From positions 33,583 through 97,582 of the forward strand of contig NTJP01000002.1 of NCBI GenBank assembly GCA_002457145.1: 64,000 nucleotides of DNA, read 5' to 3'. Positions within the stretch are counted from its first letter, which is position 1; the number at the start of each line of letters is the position of its first letter. Source of the stretch: Marine Group II euryarchaeote MED-G38. GTDB taxonomy: Archaea; Thermoplasmatota; Poseidoniia; Poseidoniales; Thalassarchaeaceae. Under the pieces are notes generated by a model. The model saw only the letters and a program-made list of their open reading frames with translations, was not told where the DNA came from and searched no databases. The translations under genes were made by a program, and so were the position numbers. This document shows positions 1 through 10,037 of this stretch, piece after piece.

Positions 1-768
1 CTGACTGGTTCACAGCGTTCTCCCGACAGAGGATCATCAGATGCAGCAGAGAATATCATCGCCTCCGTTATGTGGGCTGCAAATGGCCCACAGACTTCTG
101 GATACCGAGACACATCTGTTGTTATCTTACATGCTAAATCTTCAGATGGTAATTGTGTAGTCCTGCCTGGTTGCGCAAGTAGAAAGTTTCATTCATCAAG
201 GAGAAATGCGTTCCAATCAATTAACCAAGATCCATTAGCATATATTACCATCAATAAAAAAGAAATAACAATTAAAATGAGTGATTTCGAACCCTTTGAA
301 GCGAGATTCGAATCATCCAAACCAAACTTATTCGATGAAAAAATAAAAATTGCAGAATTTATTGCAGGACCTCATTTACAAGCATCTCTTGTTCAGTCAG
401 CAATAAAATTAGACTTTAATGCTTTATTATTCCATGGAACTGGTTTGGGCCATCTGCCTATTTCTGATCCGGAAGACGATAGTATAGAAAATATCAAACT
501 CAGAACTATTTTGGAAGATTACTGTAATCAAGGAGGAATAGCAGTAGTAGTTGCACAAACTGTACACGGGCCAGTTAACATGGACGTGTATTCAAAAGGA
601 CGACAACAACAAGAAATTGGAATATTGGGACATAAATCTTTTTGTCCTCCTGGGTCAGCTTTGGTAAAATTACACTATTTGTTATCAACAAATAAGGAAA
701 TAGAGTCTGTGAAAGATAAATGGACATTAGATCTGGTTGGAGAAAATCCCTCATTCTCTCTAGATTGA
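1..768 (+). CDS. L-asparaginase / GatD-family amidohydrolase, C-terminal portion (5' end runs off the window)
   Basis: Reading frame is open back to nt 1. Asparaginase C-domain-like motifs are present: GTGLGHLP (cf. GxGxGNxP), GIAVVVAQTVHGPVN (cf. GIPVV..SRC..G.V), and a C-terminal GILGHKSF..ALVKLHYLLS matching the asparaginase tail. Confidence 0.55.
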   Translation: MTGSQRSPDRGSSDAAENIIASVMWAANGPQTSGYRDTSVVILHAKSSDGNCVVLPGCASRKFHSSRRNAFQSINQDPLAYITINKKEITIKMSDFEPFEARFESSKPNLFDEKIKIAEFIAGPHLQASLVQSAIKLDFNALLFHGTGLGHLPISDPEDDSIENIKLRTILEDYCNQGGIAVVVAQTVHGPVNMDVYSKGRQQQEIGILGHKSFCPPGSALVKLHYLLSTNKEIESVKDKWTLDLVGENPSFSLD

Positions 769-798
769 GATTTTAACCGTTTTAATGATGAACCTGTT

Positions 799-2364
799 AT
801 GCCTCCGAAGTATATGGCAGGACTTTCCCATGAAGAGAATTTAGATGCCATCAGATTTGATGCCAATAATGCTGGAGAAAGAAAAAGATTAGAAAATATA
901 AGATTAGCAGGACAACAAACATCAAGAGAAAGAATCATGAATATTCTTGATGAAAAAACATTCGTTGAAGTAGATGCTTTTGTAAATCATCGTTCAGCAA
1001 TTAATAATTTACAGCATCATCGTCCTTTAGGTGATGGAGTGGTCGCAGGTCACGGTATGATAGATGGAAGAAGAGTAGTTTGTTTTTCTCAAGATTCCTC
1101 AGTATTTGAAGGCTCAATCGGTGAGATGCACGCTAGAAAAATAGTTAAAATACTTGAATTTGCAGAAAAAACCCTTCTTCCTGTAATAGCAATATGGGAC
1201 GGTAATGGGGAAAGGCCAGAAGAAGGAATATCTTCTCTAGGCCCTTCTGGAGAGATACTTAATGTCATGGTTGCATGTTCTGGTAGAATTCCTTTGATTT
1301 CAATTATTATGGGTAAAGTAACAGGAGTAAGTGCATTGGCCGTCGGCCTATCAGACTTTGTAATAATGAATTCTATAAATGGAAATATGGCTTTATCTGA
1401 TGAGATTGATAGATCTGATTTTAATCTTAAAGAGGAAATCAAAGATTTTTCAAAAAATGCAACAAATCATTTTAGTAGAAGTGGAGTTGTATGTTTAATC
1501 GCAGAAGACGATACTTCTGCACTTGAATTAGCTTCAGATTTACTATCTTACTTCCCCGATAATATGCTTTCTAAATCGCCAGTATTGAAGAATGATGATA
1601 TTTGGGATAGGAATTGTAATGAAATCAATAAAATCTTACCATATAGACAGGAAAAGACATATGATGTTAGAGAGATAATAAAAATAATTTTTGATAAAAA
1701 AACATTTTTAGAGTTATTTTCTGATTATGCAAGTAATATTGTGGTTGGATTAGCCCGTTTGGATGGTATATCCATTGGGATAGTTGCAAACCAATCTTCT
1801 GTACTAGAAGGTAGTCTTGACATAAAATCTTCAATAAAAGCAGCTAGATTTATCCGAACTTGTGATTGTTTTAATATTCCTATTGTGACATTAATAGATT
1901 CACCCGGTTTCCTCCCAGAGATAACTCAAGAATTTGGTGGGATAATTAATCATGGTGCAAAATTACCCTTTGCATATTCTGAAGCAACAGTACCAAAACT
2001 ATCAGTAGTTATTGGGAAAGCATATGGAGGAGCATATTTAGCCATGGGCTGTAAACAACTCAATTCTGACTATAATATCTCCTGGCCATCTGGAGAAATT
2101 ACTGTAATGGAGTCTAAAGATGCAGTAAACATAATTCATAGTGAAGAATTATCCAATTCAGAAAATCATCATGAAATTTATAAAAAATTATTAAATAATT
2201 ATAAGGAAAAATTTGATGATCCTTATGCAGCGGCAAAAAAAGGATGGATTGATGATGTTGTAGAGCCAGAAATGACTAGAAGAAATCTAATTAAAGCTCT
2301 GCGCCCTCTATTATCAAAAAAGGAATGGTCTCCTTCCAAGAAGCATGGTAATATACCATTGTAA
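799..2364 (+). CDS. acyl-CoA carboxylase carboxyltransferase subunit (propionyl-CoA carboxylase beta / methylmalonyl-CoA carboxyltransferase family)
   Basis: 521 aa with two carboxyltransferase half-domains. Family motifs GHGMIDGRRVVCFSQDSSVFEGSIGEMHARK and AIWDGNGERPEEG are present. Confidence 0.85.
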   Translation: MPPKYMAGLSHEENLDAIRFDANNAGERKRLENIRLAGQQTSRERIMNILDEKTFVEVDAFVNHRSAINNLQHHRPLGDGVVAGHGMIDGRRVVCFSQDSSVFEGSIGEMHARKIVKILEFAEKTLLPVIAIWDGNGERPEEGISSLGPSGEILNVMVACSGRIPLISIIMGKVTGVSALAVGLSDFVIMNSINGNMALSDEIDRSDFNLKEEIKDFSKNATNHFSRSGVVCLIAEDDTSALELASDLLSYFPDNMLSKSPVLKNDDIWDRNCNEINKILPYRQEKTYDVREIIKIIFDKKTFLELFSDYASNIVVGLARLDGISIGIVANQSSVLEGSLDIKSSIKAARFIRTCDCFNIPIVTLIDSPGFLPEITQEFGGIINHGAKLPFAYSEATVPKLSVVIGKAYGGAYLAMGCKQLNSDYNISWPSGEITVMESKDAVNIIHSEELSNSENHHEIYKKLLNNYKEKFDDPYAAAKKGWIDDVVEPEMTRRNLIKALRPLLSKKEWSPSKKHGNIPL

Positions 2365-2365
2365 A

Positions 2366-3091
2366 TTATAATTTATTTAATATATAATCTATGGAAGGAA
2401 TATTTTCTATATTTTCAGTTAAGAAAAGAGTCTTCCATGCTTCTAGATGTTGAGCTACAAGCATAATTATGGCAAAATCTTCCCGATAATAATCTCTATT
2501 ATATGATATTGTAGTATATTCCTTTGATAGGATATCTCCATTATTATTGGTTCCTGGCATTGAATCAAAATTTATTGATACATCAAATTCATTACACTTA
2601 ATTATTGATCCACTCCAAGGTCCCATGCCAAGATCTCTTCTGCCCTTTACAACAATTATTTTTCCACCATTCTTCGTCCATTGGTATGCAATAGAACGTG
2701 CAGTTGAACCCCCTCCCTTCATTTTTAATACCGACTCATTTATTTCAATCCCACAATATTTTATTGCTTCAATAAATCCTAAACCATCCGTATTTACTCC
2801 TCTAAAATTCCCCTCAATATTTGTTATTTGATTTACTGCTTGTATTTCATTACCATCTTCAATTTCAAATTTTTTATATAATAAGTGCTTTAAAGGTGAT
2901 GTAACTGAAAGCCAAAAATTACCACTTAAATGACCCATCTTCATGGTTAACTCTTCTATATTCCGGGCTTCAATAAAAACAGTTTCTGGACCCTCAATAC
3001 CCATATAATCTCCAACAATTCTAAATAACTCTGGGGTTAAAGAATGTTCTACAGGAAATCCAATAATTCCCCAGTATTCGGGTACCTTCAT
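2366..3091 (-). CDS. aroE: shikimate 5-dehydrogenase
   Basis: N-terminal GIIGFPVEHSLTP matches the AroE substrate motif G.PI.HS.SP. A GGGSTARSIA Rossmann-like segment follows. Confidence 0.7.
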   Translation of the reverse strand: MKVPEYWGIIGFPVEHSLTPELFRIVGDYMGIEGPETVFIEARNIEELTMKMGHLSGNFWLSVTSPLKHLLYKKFEIEDGNEIQAVNQITNIEGNFRGVNTDGLGFIEAIKYCGIEINESVLKMKGGGSTARSIAYQWTKNGGKIIVVKGRRDLGMGPWSGSIIKCNEFDVSINFDSMPGTNNNGDILSKEYTTISYNRDYYREDFAIIMLVAQHLEAWKTLFLTENIENIPSIDYILNKL

Positions 3092-3153
3092 AACCCTCCC
3101 TAGATGCTATTAGCAATGAAGGTTTCAAACATCATGAGTATTTCGATGTACCA

Positions 3154-4869
3154 ATGGATAGTGACATAGACATCGCTAGAGCGGCAAATCCGATGCATAT
3201 TGAAAATATAGCAAATCAACTTGGATTGTCTCGTAGTGACTTGATTATGCACGGCCCAAATGTAGCAAAAGTTTCATGGAATTCTTTGAAAAATAAAAGT
3301 AAAAATACTAATGGCTCATTAATTTTAGTAACTAGTGTTAATCCAACTCCTTTTGGAGAGGGTAAGACTGTTACAACAATTGGTCTTAATCAAGGTTTGA
3401 ATCATCAAGGGCATAATGCTTGTTGTGTAATCCGCGAACCTTCACTTGGTCCGGTGTTTGGGATAAAAGGCGGAGCTGCTGGCGGAGGATTTTCTCAAGT
3501 TTTACCAATGGAACAGATTAATTTACATTTTACTGGAGATTTACATGCAATCACATCGGCCCATAACTTATGCTCTGCAATTTTAGATAACTGCCTCCAT
3601 CGCGAAAATCATCTAAACATAAATACAAATAGGATATTTTGGCCTAGGGTTGTTGACATGAATGATAGGAGTTTAAGAGAAATAACAATAGGTTTGGGCG
3701 GCGCTTCAAACGGTTTAGATCGTACAGACAGATTTGATATAACTGCTGCAAGTGAAGTTATGGCAATACTATCACTTGCATCTGACTATAGTGATCTAAG
3801 GGCAAGACTTGGCCAAATAATAGTTGCAGAAAATAATCAAGGTCACCCAGTTACTGCTGAAGATATCGAAGCAGCAGGGGCAATGGCACTCCTTTTGAGA
3901 GAAGCATTTCTGCCTAATCTAGTTCAAACATTGGAAGGAAATCCTGCCTTCGTTCATTGCGGTCCTTTTGCAAATATAGCACATGGCAACTCTTCTGTGA
4001 TAGCAGATAAAATAGCCCTTTCCTGTTCAGATTATGTAGTCACTGAAGCAGGTTTTGGGGCTGAAATGGGGGCGCAAAAAGCATTACATATCAAATCAGC
4101 CGCTTCAGGAGTTGTACCATCTTGCATAGTTTTAAATGTTACAATCAGAAGTATGAAACTTCATGGAGGAGGATTTTCAACAGGAGGAGGAGTCCGCCCA
4201 TCTAAAGAAGAAATTGAAACAGAAAATATAGAAGCAGTACGTATGGGTGTTTCTTCAAATTTAAGGCGCCACGTGTTAAACTTAACTACTACTGAGATAC
4301 CTGTAGTGGTATCAATAAATAAATTTTCATCAGACACATCCGCTGAAATAAATGTTATAAAAGAAGAAGCGAAAAAATTCGGAGCAATGGATGTTGTTGT
4401 ATTCGAAGGCCATAATAAAGGAGGAAAAGGGGCCATTCAATTAGCGGATGCTGTGGTAGCCGCATGCAAAAAGCACACTCAAAATCAAAATCCATTTTGT
4501 CCTATTGTAGAACCTGGTACTGAAGTCGAACAAACTATTTTGAAGATTGCTACGAACATATACGGGGCCCAATCTGTAGATTTTAGTTCAGATGCCTTAC
4601 GTATGCTGAAAACAATAAAAAAATGGGGCAAAAATAAACTCCCTGTTTGCATGGCTAAAAATCAATATTCATTTAGCCATGATAAAAAAATTCTAGGTGC
4701 TCCATCGGGCTTTAATATGCCGATAAGGGAACTTAGGATTAATGCCGGTGCCGGATTTATCGTGGCCGTTTGCGGTTCGATGATGACTATGCCCGGCCTA
4801 CCAAGAAGGCCTGCCGCTTCAGATATGGACATGGATGAAAATGGCCATCTCACTGGTGTATTCGGATGA
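3154..4869 (+). CDS. fhs: formate--tetrahydrofolate ligase
   Basis: 571 aa. Contains the PTPFGEGKTVTTIGL ATP-binding motif and has Fhs-like similarity along its whole length. Confidence 0.9.
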   Translation: MDSDIDIARAANPMHIENIANQLGLSRSDLIMHGPNVAKVSWNSLKNKSKNTNGSLILVTSVNPTPFGEGKTVTTIGLNQGLNHQGHNACCVIREPSLGPVFGIKGGAAGGGFSQVLPMEQINLHFTGDLHAITSAHNLCSAILDNCLHRENHLNINTNRIFWPRVVDMNDRSLREITIGLGGASNGLDRTDRFDITAASEVMAILSLASDYSDLRARLGQIIVAENNQGHPVTAEDIEAAGAMALLLREAFLPNLVQTLEGNPAFVHCGPFANIAHGNSSVIADKIALSCSDYVVTEAGFGAEMGAQKALHIKSAASGVVPSCIVLNVTIRSMKLHGGGFSTGGGVRPSKEEIETENIEAVRMGVSSNLRRHVLNLTTTEIPVVVSINKFSSDTSAEINVIKEEAKKFGAMDVVVFEGHNKGGKGAIQLADAVVAACKKHTQNQNPFCPIVEPGTEVEQTILKIATNIYGAQSVDFSSDALRMLKTIKKWGKNKLPVCMAKNQYSFSHDKKILGAPSGFNMPIRELRINAGAGFIVAVCGSMMTMPGLPRRPAASDMDMDENGHLTGVFG

Positions 4870-5938
4870 GTGGTATCAAGTGCGAAAAATTACTAATCTA
4901 GATGAAGGATTTAGGATCAAAATAGATGATGATGATGATCTATGGACATTATCTCAGATATGTTCACGTGGTTCCTATGTGGGTATGTTATCTCATCGCC
5001 GAGATTCTACGACTGGGACCCAAGAAAATAGCAGAGCAAAGGGGGCCGAGAGAAAGCCAATGTGGATAGTCTTAGAGGTCCAATCCTCCTCTTTTCACTC
5101 TTTTACGGAAAATTTACGCGTTCATGGAGTTATTTCCGATGCTAAAATAGATATCGGAAATCACCATACTCACGTTATAGTTTCAGGAAGCGAAATTGAG
5201 ATATCAAGAGACGGAGGGTTTTCAGAAGCAGATATCGCCCTTCTTGAAAAATCATTCTCCTCAGGAAAAAATATTAAATCAGGTTTAATAGTTGTTGAAA
5301 ATGATGAAATTTTGATATTTGAAATAACTCAATACGGCATGAGAGATATATCTCAATTTTCAATGAGAGGTGGAGGAAAAAGATATTCAGACACTACAAG
5401 TATAAGGAACAATTTTTTCTCTAAAACAGCTCAAGAAGTAATTTTACTATTCGAAGAAAATATACCTTTAATAATTTGTGGACCAGGTCTAGCAAGAGAT
5501 AATTTTGAAAAAATTATCAGGAAATTAGGTGCTAATAATGAGATTATAAATTCTCCCTCTTCGATCGGAGGACGTTCTGCTGCTAATGAAATTTTAACGG
5601 ACGGTTTGGCGGATTCCATAATAGGAAAAAATGCATTAATTAGGCAAATAAGAACTATTGAAGAGGGATTAAAAAGAATATCTACAAATGGTAATGTATG
5701 TTTTGGTCAAAAACAGATTATTGAAGCGGCAAAACAAGGAGCAATAGAAAAACTAGTTATTTTGGCTTCCCTGATAAGGAGTGAAGATAATGATAATAAC
5801 TCTGTTTGGTCATCTATAATTGAAGATATAAAGATTTCAAAAGGCGAGCTAATACAGTCTTCATCAGATCACGATTTTGGAGAACAACTATCTAGTTTTG
5901 GAGGAGCTATAGCGCTGTTAAGGTGGAAATTAGAATGA
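4835..5938 (+). CDS. pelA: protein pelota (Dom34) homolog, mRNA surveillance
   Basis: N-terminal DDLWTLSQI matches the pelota DDLWHLYNLI motif. Length is about 360 aa, and the C-terminus (IIEAAKQGAIEKLVIL) resembles eRF1 domain 3. The start codon could be 4835 or 4841. Confidence 0.7.
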   Translation: MKMAISLVYSDEWYQVRKITNLDEGFRIKIDDDDDLWTLSQICSRGSYVGMLSHRRDSTTGTQENSRAKGAERKPMWIVLEVQSSSFHSFTENLRVHGVISDAKIDIGNHHTHVIVSGSEIEISRDGGFSEADIALLEKSFSSGKNIKSGLIVVENDEILIFEITQYGMRDISQFSMRGGGKRYSDTTSIRNNFFSKTAQEVILLFEENIPLIICGPGLARDNFEKIIRKLGANNEIINSPSSIGGRSAANEILTDGLADSIIGKNALIRQIRTIEEGLKRISTNGNVCFGQKQIIEAAKQGAIEKLVILASLIRSEDNDNNSVWSSIIEDIKISKGELIQSSSDHDFGEQLSSFGGAIALLRWKLE

Positions 5939-5973
5939 GATAAGTCCTTGACCAAAGTACTCTTCGTATATTC

Positions 5974-6648
5974 ATGTCTGCTCATTTTTCTATTGTAAAT
6001 TTTCGTCATCCAGAAGGATCAGATGCAGGCTCATTGGTAACAGATTGCGCTATTGATTTGGGTGCTACGGTAGATATAATATCCTCACAAAAAGACGAAC
6101 TTTTCAGTAATTTTAATTATGGAAATATAAATTGGCGAGATCTTCTTCAAAATAAGCATTGGTTAGTAAACTCTTCCACCACGGTACTACAAGGAATTTC
6201 TCCTTCTAATGCATGGGGCGCATCGATGATTTTCGGAGAATTAGAAGGAACAAAAACTGTAATGGTTGTAGATGTACCAGCGGATGTTAATCAATTATCG
6301 GAGATGTGGGGGTCTATAATTAATCGAATTCGTCAGATCCATATTTTGTTTTTTACGAGTAAAGCACTAGATTTAATTTCAAAATTAGAAAATACTTCAA
6401 ATCAATTATTACTTTCTAAAATAAGACTCAAAGGCCTTGTACCTATTGTTTGTACGTATGATGATAATAAAAATATTGCCCAAATTGCCCATTCTTCAGG
6501 TGAAATATCTGTAAAATTGGAAATACAGTTAACATATTATTATTGGCTTGCTAATTTCATCAATGGCTTATCACTTATCAACTCAAATAAGGACGATATA
6601 CTACATGCAGCCTCTTATCTAAATAATCGTAAAAATCAAATTATCTAA
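5974..6648 (+). CDS. hypothetical protein
   Basis: 224 aa ORF in a dense same-strand gene run. No motif recognised. Confidence 0.4.
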   Translation: MSAHFSIVNFRHPEGSDAGSLVTDCAIDLGATVDIISSQKDELFSNFNYGNINWRDLLQNKHWLVNSSTTVLQGISPSNAWGASMIFGELEGTKTVMVVDVPADVNQLSEMWGSIINRIRQIHILFFTSKALDLISKLENTSNQLLLSKIRLKGLVPIVCTYDDNKNIAQIAHSSGEISVKLEIQLTYYYWLANFINGLSLINSNKDDILHAASYLNNRKNQII

Positions 6649-6717
6649 ATTTATTTACTCATTTCGGAAGACCCCTTTTGAAGGGGGGGCAGTTCCGCAG
6701 ACTCGGAGTACCACATC

Positions 6718-7821
6718 ATGTCACTTAAATTAGGCCCTGCAGGAGTACCACTATCATGTAAGGGAAGGACAATTGTAGAGGGTATGGACGACATCACAGT
6801 ATTGGGTTTAGATGCAATGGAAGTCCAAACAGTAAGGACAGTCCAACCTCATCACTTCGACCAATATTGGCAGGCTGGCATCCTGTCGTGGAAATCTGAT
6901 TTTGAGATGAATATGCATGGTCCTTATTATGCCGAGTTACTAGGTAGTAAAAGAGAGAGGAATAGAACTTTATCCAAGATGGAAGCTAGTATGCAGGCTG
7001 GAAAACTAGTCAATGCAAGACATTTAACGTATCACGTAGGGCCATATGGAGATTTTGAACCTGGTTCTAAAGCTAATGAAGAATTAATTAACATATTTGC
7101 AGGAGTAGTGGATAGAGTACGTAGTATTTGGGGAGTAGAAGAAGAGGAAGAAGAATATTCAGCCTTTCCTTGGGTGCATGAGGCAGAACCATCTCTAGTT
7201 GGTATCGAAACATCTGGAAGACAGGAACTTTGGGGTACTGTTGATGAAGTTTTAGAGGTTTGTAACCACGTTGATGGTACTGTTCCTGTACTGAATATGG
7301 CACATATACATGCAAGAGGTCACGGTATAATGAGAACCAGTGAAGATTATGCCGAGTTATTTGATCGTGTAAGGGAATCATACGGTGGATCTAAATTTTA
7401 TTGTCATTTTGCAGGCGTAGAACATAGGATGGGGAATGCATTACACTATACTCAAATTAAGAAATCTGATTTAAAATTTGAACCATTTGCAGAATACTTA
7501 GCAGAAGAAGGAGATTGGATGGATATCACAATCATATCTGATTCTCCTTTACTTGAACACGATGCGATGTACATGCTACAGCATTATGATAAAGCTAGAC
7601 AAAGACTACTTGAGATACGTGCCAGAGATGATAGAGTAATGATTTCGGTACCAAAAAGTCCCATTAATGAAGATTCAGAGTCAAAAGATGAACAGATTAT
7701 TAACTCTAAAACTACTAAATCAATTTCTGAAAAGAAAACACCTGTCAAAGTTTCCAAATCCAAAGAATCAAAAATGATTTCTTTTGAAGATGAAGATGAA
7801 GATGAAGATGACCTTTTTTGA
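6718..7821 (+). CDS. xylose-isomerase-like TIM-barrel protein, probably endonuclease IV (AP endonuclease family 2)-like, with an acidic Glu/Asp-rich tail
   Basis: LGLDAMEV, HLTYHVGPYG, LVGIETSGRQ and LNMAHIHARGHG align with the Nfo metal-binding segments. There is an internal EEEEEE run, and the protein ends in EDEDEDEDD. Confidence 0.45.
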   Translation: MSLKLGPAGVPLSCKGRTIVEGMDDITVLGLDAMEVQTVRTVQPHHFDQYWQAGILSWKSDFEMNMHGPYYAELLGSKRERNRTLSKMEASMQAGKLVNARHLTYHVGPYGDFEPGSKANEELINIFAGVVDRVRSIWGVEEEEEEYSAFPWVHEAEPSLVGIETSGRQELWGTVDEVLEVCNHVDGTVPVLNMAHIHARGHGIMRTSEDYAELFDRVRESYGGSKFYCHFAGVEHRMGNALHYTQIKKSDLKFEPFAEYLAEEGDWMDITIISDSPLLEHDAMYMLQHYDKARQRLLEIRARDDRVMISVPKSPINEDSESKDEQIINSKTTKSISEKKTPVKVSKSKESKMISFEDEDEDEDDLF

Positions 7822-7869
7822 AACTTCTTTGGAAGACTTGAAGTCATATCTACAATGGCGAGTCATTAA

Positions 7870-7945
7870 GGGACTGTAGCTCAGTAGGGAGAGCGCCGCA
7901 CTGAAGATGCGGAGGCCGCCGGTTCAAGTCCGGCCAGTCCCACCA
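7870..7945 (+). tRNA. tRNA-Phe (anticodon GAA), CCA encoded
   Basis: Manual cloverleaf: 7 bp acceptor GGGACTG/CAGTCCC, D-stem GCTC/GAGC, anticodon stem CCGCA/TGCGG with loop CTGAAGA, T-loop TTCAAGT, discriminator A followed by CCA. Confidence 0.9.
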
Positions 7946-7952
7946 TTTCCGT

Positions 7953-8780
7953 TTAAATTATAGAAGTCATAATTTCCTTTTGTAAATTATGAAGTTGTGT
8001 TATCCCTACAGTTGCAGAATTTAATAACATATCTAATTGCTCTCTTGAGTAAGTAGACTCTTCTCCTGTACCTTGGACTTCCACAAATTTACCATCGCTT
8101 GTCATAACCACATTCATATCTACATCTGCATTACTATCCAAGACATAATCCAAATCAGTCCAAACCTCTCCTTCTAGTAACCCTACGCTGAGTGCTGCTA
8201 CATCATTCGGCATGACGATATATTCATGCCTTTCTCTTTCTTCATCAGTTAATGATGGTGCAACCCAACCATTTTTTATTTCATCTTTGGTGCCTCTTAA
8301 CTTCTCAGGCAAACATTCTCCCTTTGCAATAAGCCTCCTTACCGCAACTCTCATTGCGATACATGCAGCTGTTATGGATGCACATCTTGTTCCTCCATCA
8401 GCATTTAATACATCACAATCTATTGTCAAAGCAATAGGTCCCAATGCACTCAAATCAATCGAACCTCTAAGGGATCTTGCAATTAATCGCTCAATCTCTT
8501 GGGTTCTTCCCTTTGCCCCATTTCTTTCTCTTCTAAATCTTGTATCTGTCGAGCCTGGCAATAGTGAATACTCTGCATGTACCCATCCTTTACTCGAATC
8601 TCTTGGAAACCACCTCGGTAAAGAGGGGGCTTTTGTAACACATACAAGGATAGTAGTATCGCCTTGGCTGTAAAGAATTGATGATAATGCATTTGAGGTA
8701 AAATCTATTTCGACTTTAATTTCTCTAAGTTCATCATTATCTCTTGAGACATCTATTCGGTCATTTTTTATTTTTACCAT
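7953..8780 (-). CDS. rph: RNase PH-family 3'-5' phosphorolytic exoribonuclease (RNase PH / Rrp41-like)
   Basis: R.D.R..DELR.I.V, then QGDTTILVCV, then a LLPGSTDTRFRRE block match the RNase PH core. No rrp4, csl4 or rrp42 neighbours. Confidence 0.65.
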   Translation of the reverse strand: MVKIKNDRIDVSRDNDELREIKVEIDFTSNALSSILYSQGDTTILVCVTKAPSLPRWFPRDSSKGWVHAEYSLLPGSTDTRFRRERNGAKGRTQEIERLIARSLRGSIDLSALGPIALTIDCDVLNADGGTRCASITAACIAMRVAVRRLIAKGECLPEKLRGTKDEIKNGWVAPSLTDEERERHEYIVMPNDVAALSVGLLEGEVWTDLDYVLDSNADVDMNVVMTSDGKFVEVQGTGEESTYSREQLDMLLNSATVGITQLHNLQKEIMTSII

Positions 8781-8833
8781 GTTATCCGGATGGCATACAT
8801 CTGATGAACCATTCGTCTATTATAGTCATTTTT

Positions 8834-9241
8834 TTATAATTTTTTACTCGAAATATCTTTGGCGAATGGTGGCCATTTTCCAATATAAAGAGATATTAAA
8901 ATTAATAAAATTTGCATAAAAAACCTTAGTACATGTTCAAATAAATTAAACCTAGTGCCTCCTATAGGAATATCATTTATCCACATATTAAGATTGGCCC
9001 AATATAATATTATAAGCATAATAGTTATTCCTAAAGATCCATATCTCCTTAACGGTTTTATTAACATCATAATCCCAAATATTATCTCAAAAAAACCACT
9101 TAAGTATACCCAAAATGTTGAATCACCAAGTATCAAGGGAACTATTGGTTCAAACCATTCCGGATCAAGAAAATGTTGAATACCGACATTAATAAAAAAA
9201 AGGCCAAAAATTATTGCTACTAATTCATTCATTATTTTCAT
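8834..9241 (-). CDS. small integral membrane protein (4 predicted TM helices)
   Basis: 135 aa, strongly hydrophobic. Confidence 0.5.
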   Translation of the reverse strand: MKIMNELVAIIFGLFFINVGIQHFLDPEWFEPIVPLILGDSTFWVYLSGFFEIIFGIMMLIKPLRRYGSLGITIMLIILYWANLNMWINDIPIGGTRFNLFEHVLRFFMQILLILISLYIGKWPPFAKDISSKKL

Positions 9242-9257
9242 TGCTAACTACTCTTAA

Positions 9258-9797
9258 TTATTTTTTAGGCCTGAAAGATTTAATTATTTCAGGATTAGTA
9301 TCTATGTAAGGTCCACCAATCAAATCTATACAATAGGGAATACTGGAAAAAATCTTTTCTAGTATTTCCCTAATCGATCGAGGGGAACCTGGTAAATTAA
9401 TGACTAAACATTTGCCCCTAATTCCGGCCATTTGCCTTGAAAGTACTGCAGTAGGGACATATTCTAATGATATCCTTCTCATTTCTTCTCCAAACCCAGG
9501 TAATATTCTTTCGCAAATAGATATAGTTGCTTCAGGAGTAACATCTCTTGCCGCCGGCCCAGTCCCTCCTGTTGTTATTACCACACTACACATGTTATTA
9601 TCTATTAAATCAATAATGGATTCTTCAATATCTTCTTTTACATCAGGAACTAACTTACGAAATATTTTCCAGGGGGTAATTAGAACTTCTTGTAAGAACT
9701 TCTCAATTTCTGGCCCACTTAAATCTTCATATACTCCTTTATCGGCCCTATCTGAAGCAGTCAAGATCCCAAAATGGCATACTGCTGGAGACGTCAT
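9258..9797 (-). CDS. mogA: molybdenum cofactor biosynthesis protein MogA/MoaB family
   Basis: GILTASDRA, VVITTGGTGPAARDVTPEA, PGFGEEMR and INLPGSP match the MogA/MoaB signature blocks. Confidence 0.85.
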   Translation of the reverse strand: MTSPAVCHFGILTASDRADKGVYEDLSGPEIEKFLQEVLITPWKIFRKLVPDVKEDIEESIIDLIDNNMCSVVITTGGTGPAARDVTPEATISICERILPGFGEEMRRISLEYVPTAVLSRQMAGIRGKCLVINLPGSPRSIREILEKIFSSIPYCIDLIGGPYIDTNPEIIKSFRPKK

Positions 9798-10037
9798 GTT
9801 TTATCGAGGATTGACATCATAGAAAATTACATCGGTCTCCTTAATCCTTTTTTTGAGGTATGTTCAAAGACCGCCACTCTCTTAGACAAAACTCCAGAGG
9901 TGATGAAGTGTCGAGTCTTCCCCAAACTACACAAATTTTCATGACCATTGTAAAAAAAAGAATTATTTCCATGTTTTACGATGATTTATTAAATTTTATA
10001 GACTCAACACATTATTATTATTGATGTTGGTGATATT

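Noticed and set aside
1089-1442. 117 aa minus-strand ORF and similar short antisense ORFs inside fhs (4161..4436, 4662..4853), atpA, atpB, accC (45680..46084) and the CysJ-like gene (46331..47137)
   Set aside because: All lie wholly inside strongly supported genes on the opposite strand. Typical shadow ORFs.
8212-8673. 153 aa plus-strand ORF
   Set aside because: Entirely antisense to the well-supported RNase PH gene. Composition is low in complexity.
9400-9822. 140 aa plus-strand ORF
   Set aside because: Antisense to mogA, which has strong family motifs.
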